64,000 nt of DNA, from NCBI GenBank assembly GCA_963715335.1, contig CAVQRZ010000014.1, positions 64,001 through 128,000 of the forward strand. The letters are read 5' to 3'. This DNA comes from an uncultured delta proteobacterium. Lineage in GTDB: Bacteria; Desulfobacterota; Desulfuromonadia; Desulfuromonadales; BM103. This document shows positions 29,217 through 38,005 of the stretch, in pieces (the stretch's first letter is position 1; every line of letters starts with the position of its first letter). The translations under genes were made by a program, and so were the position numbers. Below the pieces are notes generated by a model. It was given only the letters and a program-made list of their open reading frames with translations. It was not told the origin of the DNA and searched no databases.

Positions 29217-29236
29217 GGAAATGTCTTTGAGTTGGA

Positions 29237-29800
29237 TCATTCTTTAACGCGGGTCACGTATTCGCCAGTCCGGGTGTCAATCTGGATCAGGGTCCCCTGT
29301 TCGACAAAGCCCGGGACCTGCAGTGTGTAACCGCTTTCCACCGTGGCCGGTTTGTTGTTGCCGGTGGCAGTGTCGCCCTTGACCCAGGGGTCTGTCTGGG
29401 TGACCCGCAGGTTGACGAAGTTGGGCAGGGTGACGCCAATGCCACGCTCACCGTGCATGAGGACCTTGACTTCCATGTTGTCGACCAGGAAGTATTTGTC
29501 CTCACCGAGGATGTCGCCGTCGATGGTTGCCTGCTCGTAAGTCTTCTGATCCATGAAAACGTAGCCGGTCTCATCCTGGTAGAGGTACTGCATGTCGCGC
29601 TCATCCAGGCTGGCCGGTGCGAAGCTTTCCCCGGAGCGATAAGTGCGGTCGAAAAGCGCGCCGGTGATCATGTTGCGCAGTTTGCACTTGTAGAGGGCCT
29701 GGCCCTTGCCTGGCTTGGTGAAGTCGAACTGGGCGACGACGTGTGGTTCCCCGTCGATCATTACCTTGAGGCCTTTTTTCAGGTCAGCGCAGGAATACAT
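29237..29800 (-). CDS. efp: Elongation factor P (Lys34, PGKG type)
   Basis: KPGKGQA loop, QYLY, KGDT..NKPA and IDTRTGEY. Confidence 0.95.
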   Translation of the reverse strand: MYSCADLKKGLKVMIDGEPHVVAQFDFTKPGKGQALYKCKLRNMITGALFDRTYRSGESFAPASLDERDMQYLYQDETGYVFMDQKTYEQATIDGDILGEDKYFLVDNMEVKVLMHGERGIGVTLPNFVNLRVTQTDPWVKGDTATGNNKPATVESGYTLQVPGFVEQGTLIQIDTRTGEYVTRVKE

Positions 29801-29898
29801 GTGAAAACTCCTTCGAGAAGTTGAGCCGTACAGTTTGTGGACTTGCTTTTATACACAAAAGGGCGGTGCGTGTCATCGGTTTTTTCAGGAGAAACCAG

Positions 29899-30005
29899 GG
29901 AATCCAGTCTCCAGAATTCAGAATCCGGAATAATCAGACCATTGACCTGATGGCTTGCGCTCACTTTGAAAATCTACTGGATACTGGATACCGAATTCTG
30001 TATTC
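29899..30005. repeat. Inverted heptamer cassette (AGAATCC-like family) between efp and efpL
   Basis: GGAATCC-AGTCTCC-AGAATTC-AGAATCC ... TACTGGA-TACTGGA-TACCGAA-TTCTGTA. Confidence 0.7.
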
Positions 30006-30071
30006 TCCTTTTTGTCATTATCAATACCAGATAAGGCATGCACCGTGAAGTGCAGGGAATAAGGAGAACAT

Positions 30072-30632
30072 ATGACTTCAAACGATCTTAAACGCGGCCA
30101 GGTCATTCTGCTTGACGCAGCACCCTGCCTGGTCCTCGATGTGTCCAGCCAGTCGCCTTCGGCACGTGGCGGCAGCACACTGATCAAGACCAGGTACCGC
30201 AATCTTCTGACCAGCCAGGTCCTGGACAAAACCTTCAAGGCCGGTGAGCGAGTCGATGCCGCTGATTTTGAGAAACGCAAGGGCCAGTTCCTCTATGCCG
30301 ACGGCGACAACGGCATATTCATGGACCTGGAAAGTTACGAACAGTACGAGCTGGGCGACGAGATGTACGGGCCGGTGAAAGGCTTCCTGCTCGACGGCAC
30401 CGGTGTTGTCCTGGGGGTCTTCGAAGGTCAGGTCGTCTCAGTCGAGCCGCCAATGACCGTTGAACTCCTCGTTACGGAAACCGCCCCGGCAATCAAGAAC
30501 GCCACCGCCCAGGCCCAGACCAAGGAAGCAACCCTCGAAACCGGTTTGAAGATCCAGGTCCCCGCCTATCTCGAGTCTGATGAGCTGGTCAAGGTTGACA
30601 CCCGGGAAGGGCGGTTCGTTTCAAGGGCTTGA
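30072..30632 (+). CDS. efpL: EF-P-like protein (EfpL/YeiP type)
   Basis: QSPSARGG loop resembling the SPTARG loop of YeiP; QFLYAD, IKNATA, KEATLETGL. Confidence 0.85.
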   Translation: MTSNDLKRGQVILLDAAPCLVLDVSSQSPSARGGSTLIKTRYRNLLTSQVLDKTFKAGERVDAADFEKRKGQFLYADGDNGIFMDLESYEQYELGDEMYGPVKGFLLDGTGVVLGVFEGQVVSVEPPMTVELLVTETAPAIKNATAQAQTKEATLETGLKIQVPAYLESDELVKVDTREGRFVSRA

Positions 30633-30636
30633 AGAC

Positions 30637-30766
30637 CGGAACGCGGGACGAGTAACGCGAAAACCATCTATTGATAAATCCAAAGGGTTGCCACGGCTGT
30701 GTGCAGCCCTTTTTTTATCGGGTCTTTTTGTTTTTATCACGTTCTGCGTCCCGCGTTCCCCGTTCC
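30637..30766. repeat. Inverted heptamer cassette enclosing the efpL terminator (30683-30716)
   Basis: CGGAACG-CGGGACG-AGTAACG-CGAAAA ... CGTTCTG-CGTCCCG-CGTTCCC-CGTTCCG; AAGGGTTG...CAGCCCTT hairpin with T tract inside. Confidence 0.75.
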
Positions 30767-30960
30767 GAACACTTTTTGCAAATCTGCAAAAAGTGTTCAT
30801 CCCCTCCTCGCACTTGTGCAAAACCATGTTTTAAGATCACCCGTATTTCACTCCAAGCTCCCGTAACTACTAAATTAATTTTAGATCTCACCTGGTTCTT
30901 GGCCGCTCCCTGCGGCCTGTCCACCCGGAAAGCGGTCAGAGGTTTTTGCATTTTTGCAAA
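30767..30960. promoter_or_regulatory. Enhancer-type sites TTTGCA-N4-TGCAAA (30775-30790, partial 30808-30822, 30945-30960)
   Basis: Palindromes upstream of a sigma54 promoter; same motif at 37928-37974. Confidence 0.7.
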
Positions 30961-31057
30961 TAGAACAATTTTTGACGGCAGGTTCTTGTTTACAGAAAAG
31001 CTATCCAACTGTCTGAAATTATTATTTAAAAAAGTTTTTTCGAGCGGTCTGTGTGGT

Positions 31058-31073
31058 TGGTACATGAGTTGCC
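31058..31073 (+). promoter_or_regulatory. Sigma54 -24/-12 promoter of the MFS gene
   Basis: TGGTAC-ATGAG-TTGC compared with consensus TGGCAC-N5-TTGC. Confidence 0.7.
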
Positions 31074-31256
31074 AATAGTATCTGCCGTGAACGGACAAAA
31101 GAGCAAAGGCAGACAATGATCGAATCGAGCCCAGGACATCGCAGGAACAAGCCGGTGATTGGCGTAATCAAGGTGCGCTGGCCACTTTCGTACCGGGTTC
31201 AACAGTTAAATCAATACGGAATGGATAACTCATACATCATGACCAAGGAGGCAGAC

Positions 31257-32570
31257 ATGGGCAAGCAGAGTGTTTCATCGAAACGGGGCTGGACTGTTGT
31301 AATGGCCGGTACCGGTATCAACCTGGCACTGGGTATCCTTTACACCTGGAGTATCTTCAAAGGGGCCATTGCCGACTCGATCGCCGGTGGCGGGGCCGGT
31401 GCCTTTGCCTGGGACAAGGCGTCTATTAACGACCCATATGCTACTGCCTGTCTGATGTTTGCCCTGGCCATGATTGTTGCCGGAAAGGTCCAGGATAAGT
31501 TTGGCCCCCGCATCACCTGCATGATCGGTGGCCTGATGGTCGGCGCCGGTTTTATCTGGATTTCCCAGACCACTAACTACTGGGCCTGGATCGCAGGTTT
31601 CGGTGTCATGGCGGGGATGGGGATCGGCTTCGGTTACTCCTCGGCGACGCCTCCGGCGCTCAAATGGTTTCCCCCTGCCAAGACCGGCCTGATTGCCGGC
31701 ATCGTGGTTGCCGGCTTCGGTCTCGCCTCGGTCTATATCGCACCGCTGGCCCAGTACCTGCTCGGAAACTACGGTCTGCAACAGTCAATGATGTATTTCG
31801 GGATCGGTTTTGTGGCAGTCACCTGCTTTTTCGGCATGTTCCTCGCCAATCCTCCCGCTGGCTACGTCGCCGATCCGAACGCGGCCAAATCTGCAGCCAA
31901 GGCAGTCGTCAACGAAGACAAGTCGCCTGCCCAGATTCTCAAGACCGCCCAGTTCTACACCCTCTGGGCCTGCTTCTTCATTGGCGCCGGCGCCGGCCTG
32001 ATGGTCATCGGCAGCGCCACGGGGCTGGCCAAGGCGAGCATGGGTGAAATGGCCTTTCTGGTCGTCGCGATCATGTCGGTTGGCAATGCCGCCGGACGTA
32101 TCGTCGCCGGCGTGGTCTCTGACAAGATCGGTCGCGCCAACACCCTCGTGATCATGCTGGTGTTCCAGGCCAGCCTGATGTTCCTCGCCATACCCGTCAT
32201 CGATGGCACTTACAGCAACCCTCTGGCCATGCCTCTGCTGGTGACGTTCATGGTCTTCAATTACGGGACGAACCTGTCGCTCTTCCCGTCGTTTGCCAAG
32301 GACCTCTGGGGTGCCAAGCATTTCGGCATGAACTACGGCATCCTCTTCTCTTCCTGGGGCGTCGGCGCATTTGCCCTGGTGCGGGTATCCGAGATGCTGC
32401 GCGTCAAGACCGGCGGCTTCACCATGTCCTTCGCCGCGGCCGGTGCCCTGCTGGTGGTTGGTGCCATGCTCGCCGGCACTCTGAAGACCCGCAAGGCCGA
32501 AGTGCCGGTTTTCGAAGGTGCATTCGAGGAAGAAGAAGACCTGGTGCTGGCAAAATCCGCCAACAAATAG
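31257..32570 (+). CDS. OFA (oxalate:formate antiporter) family MFS transporter
   Basis: LGILYTWSIF, QDKFGPR, KWFP...GL..G, GNAAGR and GMNYG; AAGGAGG SD before ATG 31257. Confidence 0.88.
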   Translation: MGKQSVSSKRGWTVVMAGTGINLALGILYTWSIFKGAIADSIAGGGAGAFAWDKASINDPYATACLMFALAMIVAGKVQDKFGPRITCMIGGLMVGAGFIWISQTTNYWAWIAGFGVMAGMGIGFGYSSATPPALKWFPPAKTGLIAGIVVAGFGLASVYIAPLAQYLLGNYGLQQSMMYFGIGFVAVTCFFGMFLANPPAGYVADPNAAKSAAKAVVNEDKSPAQILKTAQFYTLWACFFIGAGAGLMVIGSATGLAKASMGEMAFLVVAIMSVGNAAGRIVAGVVSDKIGRANTLVIMLVFQASLMFLAIPVIDGTYSNPLAMPLLVTFMVFNYGTNLSLFPSFAKDLWGAKHFGMNYGILFSSWGVGAFALVRVSEMLRVKTGGFTMSFAAAGALLVVGAMLAGTLKTRKAEVPVFEGAFEEEEDLVLAKSANK

Positions 32571-32613
32571 TCCTGCACAGCCGTTTAAACCCTCCTTCAG
32601 GTATAAACGGACT

Positions 32614-32646
32614 CGGCCCCGCCAGAAAGGCGGGGCCGTTTTTTTA
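32614..32646 (+). terminator. Intrinsic terminator
   Basis: CGGCCCCGCC-AGAAA-GGCGGGGCCG followed by a T tract. Confidence 0.85.
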
Positions 32647-32720
32647 TGGGTATTCAGAATTTACTGTAGAATTTTAAATGTCAGCAGCTATAAGTCATAA
32701 CTTGGACCTAACTGAAACTA

Positions 32721-33002
32721 TCAAACCAACGTAAATCCATCACCAGCAAATTGAACATTGGACGGATCATTGGCACGCGGGGGCGAGACGGCATGCACAC
32801 CTCCACAGATCGGACAATTCCCGACAAAAGTAACAAGAACAAAGAGGGCACTGCAGCCACCGCAAAACACCTCTAGTCCACCATTGGGAATCGTTTGTTG
32901 TCTGAGATTGCCGCCGTGGGCCTGGGCAACAAATTCAACCAGTGCTCTTCCTTCAGCAAAAGGACCTGCACCGGCGGTATGGCCGCATCCGCAATTGCTC
33001 AT
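32721..33002 (-). CDS. Small Cys-rich protein (CGCGH, CxxC, CPxC)
   Basis: 93 aa, AAGGAG SD, zinc-ribbon/rubredoxin-like Cys spacing. Confidence 0.75.
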   Translation of the reverse strand: MSNCGCGHTAGAGPFAEGRALVEFVAQAHGGNLRQQTIPNGGLEVFCGGCSALFVLVTFVGNCPICGGVHAVSPPRANDPSNVQFAGDGFTLV

Positions 33003-33073
33003 GATTCTTGCTCCTTAGTTTTAAGAGTGGATATCAATATTAAATGGAACTTTGCAAACGATTTGATTGTCAG

Positions 33074-33115
33074 AAGATAAAGCCCATTGTGAGAAAAATA
33101 CATGACACAAGTCAA
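33074..33115 (-). promoter_or_regulatory. Fnr/HcpR-type box TTGAC-N4-GTCAT with a -10 element TATCTT
   Basis: Box at 33102-33115 and -10 at 33074-33079 fit class II Crp/Fnr spacing. Confidence 0.55.
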
Positions 33116-33284
33116 TTCACCTCAAATCTTTATCTAGGCGAACCTTGTCTGTTACGATCAATCAGACGCAAAATGGCCATTCCTAACTGGATGGGGCATT
33201 TTTGTTTCCCAGAAAAACCCATAATCTAGATTTTCACGTTTATTTCACATTTTTTACACATTTCTATCACGTCTTATCTTTTAG

Positions 33285-33376
33285 AGTGCAACCAAACAAG
33301 ACGCCCGAAACCTTAAAGCGTCTTGAGAATAATAAATTGCCTCCGGGGTCTTAATCGTTTAAGGCCCCTATTTTTT
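33285..33376 (+). ncRNA. Candidate small RNA with orphan terminator
   Basis: Hairpin CAAGACGC/GCGTCTTG, then GGGGTCTTAA/TTAAGGCCCC-TATTTTTT; no upstream plus-strand gene. Confidence 0.3.
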
Positions 33377-33757
33377 ATAAAGTAAGTCGTTTATAATCAG
33401 TTAAATACACTTACTCTACTCTGACAGTATCGTTTCCTAAAGCCGCCTTTCTAAATATCACGAGTCAAAGTGACCCTGATTAATCCATGAAAACATGTTC
33501 TTATAAATGCTCCTGCAACGTCGTTCTTAGATGTCTTAGCATTAGCAGGACCTTCATTTTCAACATTCATTGCTGAAAAATAGATTTTCAAGCAAGGAGC
33601 GATCTCAACAGTAAATTCAAAAACCTCTTTTTTTATCAACCGGCATAAATCCGGACTGACGTGCGGGGTTCTTTTGAAAATAGTTGAATCACGGATCGCA
33701 GGAGTTGTAGTAGAATGGTTAAAGTGAGCCTGCGAACGAAGAGTTGAAGGGGATTTT

Positions 33758-34129
33758 GTGGCCGAATCTGGGAACGAACGATACAACCAGGCTGTTGCAA
33801 AGATGCGCAAGGAGGAGCAGTTGCGTCAGGCCGGATACCGCGAAAAGGCCCTGAAGCTTTTCCCCCATGTCTGCGCCCGATGCGTCAGGGAATTCGAAGG
33901 CAAGAAGCTTCGCGAGTTGACGGTCCACCATCGGGATCACAACCATGACAACAACCCACCCGACGGCAGCAACTGGGAACTGCTCTGCCTCTACTGTCAC
34001 GATCACGAGCATACACGTGGTGTGCAGGAACAACGAGACAAAGAAACACCCTCTGATCGCCCGGAGCGTCCTTCGCTTTCCCACTCTCCCTTTGCCGCCC
34101 TGGATGACAAACTCAAGGCTCCCAAGTAA
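33758..34129 (+). CDS. yajD: YajD family HNH nuclease
   Basis: YREKALK, CARC, LTVHHRDHNHDNNP.DGSNWELLCLYCHDHEH. Confidence 0.92.
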   Translation: MAESGNERYNQAVAKMRKEEQLRQAGYREKALKLFPHVCARCVREFEGKKLRELTVHHRDHNHDNNPPDGSNWELLCLYCHDHEHTRGVQEQRDKETPSDRPERPSLSHSPFAALDDKLKAPK

Positions 34130-34255
34130 CAACCTTGTAGCTGCTTAACTTGCTGTTCTTAAACACGCTTCCAGATTATCAGGTATTTCCTGATGGTCTG
34201 GAGCCTTCTATGTAAATGTTCGTAATAGATGAAGTTTCCCGGGATCTAAAATTAA

Positions 34256-34997
34256 GTGGACTGGCTTGATTACACATTTATCCTGCTAGCCTATGTGGTC
34301 GCCGCCAGTATCAAAGGGCTGACCGGCATCGGTTTTTCAACATCGTGTTTGCCTATTATGGCCCTGCGTCTGGACCTTAAAGTTGCTATCCCTCTGGTCA
34401 TCATCCCTTCCATAGTCAGCAACCTTGCCGTCATGATCCAGGCGGGACGTTTCCGTCAGGCGCTGAAGCGGTTTTGGCCGATGTACGCTGCGAGTGTGCC
34501 GGGGCTTTGGCTTGGCCTTTCGGTCCTGGTCGCGATCAATGCGGTTACCGCGAAAGTTATCCTCGGGCTGGTGCTGGTGGCCTACGCAGTCTGGGCCTTG
34601 TTCAATATGTCCTTTTCCTTGTCAAAAGAGTGGGAACGCAATTTAAAAGTACCGGTGGGTATGATCACCGGCTTCATCAATGGGCTGACAGGATCTCAGG
34701 TTATGCCTGCCTTGCCTTACCTGTTATCACTCAATTTGCACAAAAATGATTTTGTCCAGGCGATCAACATCTCATTTACCTTGTCGAGTGTTGTTATGCT
34801 GATCGGCATGAATCGCCTGGGGTATTTGCCTTCCTCAACATGTGATGCTCGCTATAGGGAGCATTGTTCCGGTTTTGGCTACGGTGTACTTTGCCGGAAG
34901 GCTGCAGAAGAGGCTTACGGGAGTAACCCACCGCAAGCTGGTGTTGGCGTTTTTACTCATAATGGGTTTGACCCTGATCCTGAAAATCCTATTCTGA
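34256..34997 (+). CDS. TauE/SafE sulfite exporter family protein (apparent frameshift at ~34841)
   Basis: IKGLTGIGF and TGFINGLTG; the last two TM helices continue in the shifted frame to TGA 34997. Confidence 0.8.
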
Positions 34998-35299
34998 TAC
35001 ACTTCTTTTGCAGGGCCTTTTTTTCAGTTGGTCACGCGCGCTTTTGACCAGAGCACCCTCAGTGATTATGACGATGGACACCTGGTTGTCACCCTCAACC
35101 AGTGAGTAAGGCAATGAGGCGGTCGGGTAAACTGATGTCCGCTGTAAAAATTTCCTTGTCCTAACCAGCCAACAATAATAATTCAGGTAGAATGTCTGTG
35201 GTGGCACTGTATACAATCTGGAGAGTTGGCCCGACAAGGGCGTATCCCGAGGGGATGCACGAGCAGAAGATTCAGAAAAATTTTCACGGAGATATCGCT

Positions 35300-35668
35300 T
35301 TGAGTTACGAAATGACGGTTACCTTCATGGGCGATTACGTAGAGGCCCGATCAATCGGTGACAAGAGCTACCAGACTGCGGAGAAGCTCTGGGCCGAGAT
35401 CACCCGAATTTGTCAGCAGCACGATTGTTTCAGGGTCCTTGGCATTGCTGAGTCCACCAGGCAGATGTCGGTTATGGATTCGATCAACCATGAAGAACTA
35501 TTCAGGAAATTTGGTGTTACGCCCAAGTACAAGATTGCCTGGACCGAATCGAACATGGATGAATTTAAAAAGTTGAAGAACCTGGAAACCATTCTTATCA
35601 ATCGTGGTTACAGAGGCAAAATCTTTACCGATGTCGCAGAAGCCAGGAAATGGCTTCTGCAAGAGTAG
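35300..35668 (+). CDS. Hypothetical protein, SpoIIAA/STAS-like
   Basis: GGAG SD with TTG start; C-terminal [12 protein letters not shown] motif. Confidence 0.65.
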   Translation: MSYEMTVTFMGDYVEARSIGDKSYQTAEKLWAEITRICQQHDCFRVLGIAESTRQMSVMDSINHEELFRKFGVTPKYKIAWTESNMDEFKKLKNLETILINRGYRGKIFTDVAEARKWLLQE

Positions 35669-35771
35669 CCTTCTCCATGGTTTTTTCGACCGGTTGACAA
35701 CGCTGTCTCTGTGGTTGAAGGGAGACAAACCTGCAATCACATTGATCCCTGAGGACAACAATCAACGCAGT

Positions 35772-36380
35772 ATGATGCGCAATCTTTGGCTGATCATTTT
35801 CTTTGCAACGCTGATCTGGTCGGGAACCCAGCCAAAAGATTACATGACCTGGGTGCTTGAAGTGCTGCCGGCCGTGCTCGGCTTTGCTGTCCTGGTGGCG
35901 ACTCGCCACCGTTTCCCCCTGACGTCCCTGGCCTATACCCTGATCCTGGCCCACTGCATCATCCTGATGGTTGGCGGCCACTACACCTACGCTGAAGTAC
36001 CGTTGTTCGACTGGATTAGCGATTGGTTTGGCCTGGCCCGCAACAACTACGACAAACTCGGACACCTCGCGCAGGGCTTCGTGCCGGCAATCGCTGCCCG
36101 GGAGATTCTGGTGCGTAACGCGATTGTTGCCGGTAGAGGCTGGACGTCGTTTCTTGTCGTTTGCGTCTGTCTGGCGATCAGCGCTTTTTACGAGTTGATC
36201 GAATGGTGGGTGGCGATCCTTTCAGATGAAGCAGCCGAGGCCTTCCTCGGCACCCAGGGTTATGTCTGGGATACCCAGTCGGATATGATGTACGCACTGG
36301 TCGGGGCAATCCTGGCGCTGGTGTTTTTGTCGAAGCTGCATGATAAACAGATAAGGCGCGTGGCGCGTGGCGTGAGGTGA
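35772..36380 (+). CDS. DUF2238 (YjdF-like) membrane protein
   Basis: GGHYTYAEVP, RNNYDKLGH, YELIEW and FLGTQG..WDTQSDM. Confidence 0.9.
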   Translation: MMRNLWLIIFFATLIWSGTQPKDYMTWVLEVLPAVLGFAVLVATRHRFPLTSLAYTLILAHCIILMVGGHYTYAEVPLFDWISDWFGLARNNYDKLGHLAQGFVPAIAAREILVRNAIVAGRGWTSFLVVCVCLAISAFYELIEWWVAILSDEAAEAFLGTQGYVWDTQSDMMYALVGAILALVFLSKLHDKQIRRVARGVR

Positions 36381-36470
36381 GAAGCGCGAAAAAAATATGT
36401 CTAATAAAAAGGGGCAAGGATGGATATCCTGGCCCCTTTAGCTTGTTCGCAATTCGCGATTCGCACCTCG
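36355..36470. repeat. Inverted heptamer cassette enclosing a bidirectional terminator (~36404-36440)
   Basis: GGCGCGT-GGCGCGT-GGCGTGA...CGCGAAAA ... TTCGCAA-TTCGCGA-TTCGCAC; AAAGGGGC...GCCCCTTT hairpin. Confidence 0.7.
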
Positions 36471-36471
36471 T

Positions 36472-36858
36472 CTAAGGTGCTATCGGCATTTCGTAATCGG
36501 TGAGGATGACATCCATGTTCAGCAGGAAACGACCAAACTCGTCGAAGGTCATGCTGGCCGGCTTGACCAGGAAGAGGGCGACGATACTGACGACGGTGGC
36601 GGCAGCCACCCAGTTGAGGACCAGGTTGCGCAGTTCCCAGTTGGGTTCCTCCTGTTCCTGTTCGTCGGCTTGTGCCCGGGCAGGCAGTTTGTCTGCTATC
36701 TGCCTCATGATCTTGCCGGAACTGAGAAAGATCACTGCGGAAATGGCAAATTGGGGGAGGATTTCCAGCGAGGCCTGACCGGTCCCCAGCAGACCGGCAT
36801 AAAATGCCAGCACACCAAGTCCGAGCAATGTCATCTGGCGGCTGAGTTTTGCGTTCAT
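36472..36858 (-). CDS. Hypothetical membrane protein (about 3 TM helices)
   Basis: AAAGGA SD and hydrophobic segments; follows the SatP-like gene on the same strand. Confidence 0.7.
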   Translation of the reverse strand: MNAKLSRQMTLLGLGVLAFYAGLLGTGQASLEILPQFAISAVIFLSSGKIMRQIADKLPARAQADEQEQEEPNWELRNLVLNWVAAATVVSIVALFLVKPASMTFDEFGRFLLNMDVILTDYEMPIAP

Positions 36859-36918
36859 GCGCTGAAATCCTCTTTAGACAACGTCATACCGAGAAATTAT
36901 CGGTATCTGCATCTTCTG

Positions 36919-37698
36919 TCAAGAACGGATCTTGCCGGATTTAGCCACTGCCGGTTGCAGAAGACAGATCGCTTCGCCACTGACATAGCGCATGCCGAGA
37001 TAGAATCCGGGCAGGCTGCTGGTTAAGCCGACCAGCGCTGCGCCGTGCAGGATGGCAGCGTTATCAGCGGCTTGGGCCATGGCGAGCATAAGCAGGAAGG
37101 CCGTCATCATGGCGAAAACTGTTCGGCAGGTACGGGTCAACTGGTCGAATCCCTGGCAAATAATCAGGCTGAACATCCCCCACATGACTAAATAGCCCAT
37201 CATCGGAACAGACCCGGGCATCGAACCGTACCCGGCCCTTGGCAGGATGTCCAAAGCGAGGATTGAGAGCCAGAACAGCCCGAAGCCGGTGAAAGTAATG
37301 GCACGCAGCGGCCTGCTTTTCAGAGCATTCAGTCCCGCAGAGATCTGGCCGACAGCACCGATCATCAGAATAATCGCCAGAAGATGCAGATTGATTGAGA
37401 CGATCGGCAACTTGTCGAGGGCATAGCATGCCACGGTAATGCTGTAGCTGAACAGCCCGAGCACGGGCAGGTTGTCGAGATTGCTGACCGGTCGCGCCGG
37501 CATCGGTGGTGCGACCGGTAGAGCCGGTTCCGGGAATTGCAAGCGATCCGACAATTCGCGGTATTTCTGGCAGTCCTGGTATTGGCAGGAGCAGAATTTG
37601 ATGATCATGCTGGCGTCGTGCGATGAGATATAGCCGCAACCGACGTCGCAGGCATCTTCGTCATGATCAAAGTAGGGACAAACCGCCGTGTCTTGCAT
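36919..37698 (-). CDS. Divergent SatP/GPR1-FUN34-YaaH family permease with a Cys-rich N-terminal domain
   Basis: N.PVLGL, GAVGQ..AG, FTGFGLFWLS and GYLVMWGMFS; CAGGAGG SD. Confidence 0.8.
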   Translation of the reverse strand: MQDTAVCPYFDHDEDACDVGCGYISSHDASMIIKFCSCQYQDCQKYRELSDRLQFPEPALPVAPPMPARPVSNLDNLPVLGLFSYSITVACYALDKLPIVSINLHLLAIILMIGAVGQISAGLNALKSRPLRAITFTGFGLFWLSILALDILPRAGYGSMPGSVPMMGYLVMWGMFSLIICQGFDQLTRTCRTVFAMMTAFLLMLAMAQAADNAAILHGAALVGLTSSLPGFYLGMRYVSGEAICLLQPAVAKSGKIRS

Positions 37699-37813
37699 AT
37701 GCGCCTCCTGCGTGAACTTCTGGTGCCAGAGATAGCTGTTAAAAATTGGGCCCGGCACGGTAATCGGCAACATAAACTACGGCCGGGCCCGATGGAGTCA
37801 CACGGTTCTAGGG

Positions 37814-37829
37814 AGCAAGGCATATACCA
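37814..37829 (-). promoter_or_regulatory. Sigma54 -24/-12 promoter of the SatP-like gene
   Basis: Minus strand TGGTAT-ATGCC-TTGCT. Confidence 0.7.
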
Positions 37830-37927
37830 AAAGTATATTTACCGGATGATTTTTATTATCTCCAGCCATTCCAGTATGTTAGGTGTCTTTTGGGCGAGGG
37901 TTTGTACGGGTCTGCCCGGGGTATGGT

Positions 37928-37974
37928 TTTGCACAAATGCAAAACGGCAAATTTCACTTTTGCATTTGTGCAAA
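37928..37974. promoter_or_regulatory. Tandem enhancer-type sites TTTGCA-N4-TGCAAA (37928-37943 and 37959-37974)
   Basis: Two perfect copies 31 bp apart, about 100-145 bp upstream of the sigma54 promoter. Confidence 0.75.
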
Positions 37975-38005
37975 GAATTCGGGAGTAAGTCGCACAGTTG
38001 TTTGT

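Noticed and set aside
33451..33757. ORF 33451-33810 on the minus strand
   Set aside because: Overlaps yajD antisense, has no SD or recognisable motif, and lies in AT-rich DNA
33758..34129. HNH protein as a defence or homing nuclease
   Set aside because: Matches the conserved chromosomal YajD pattern; no mobile or defence context
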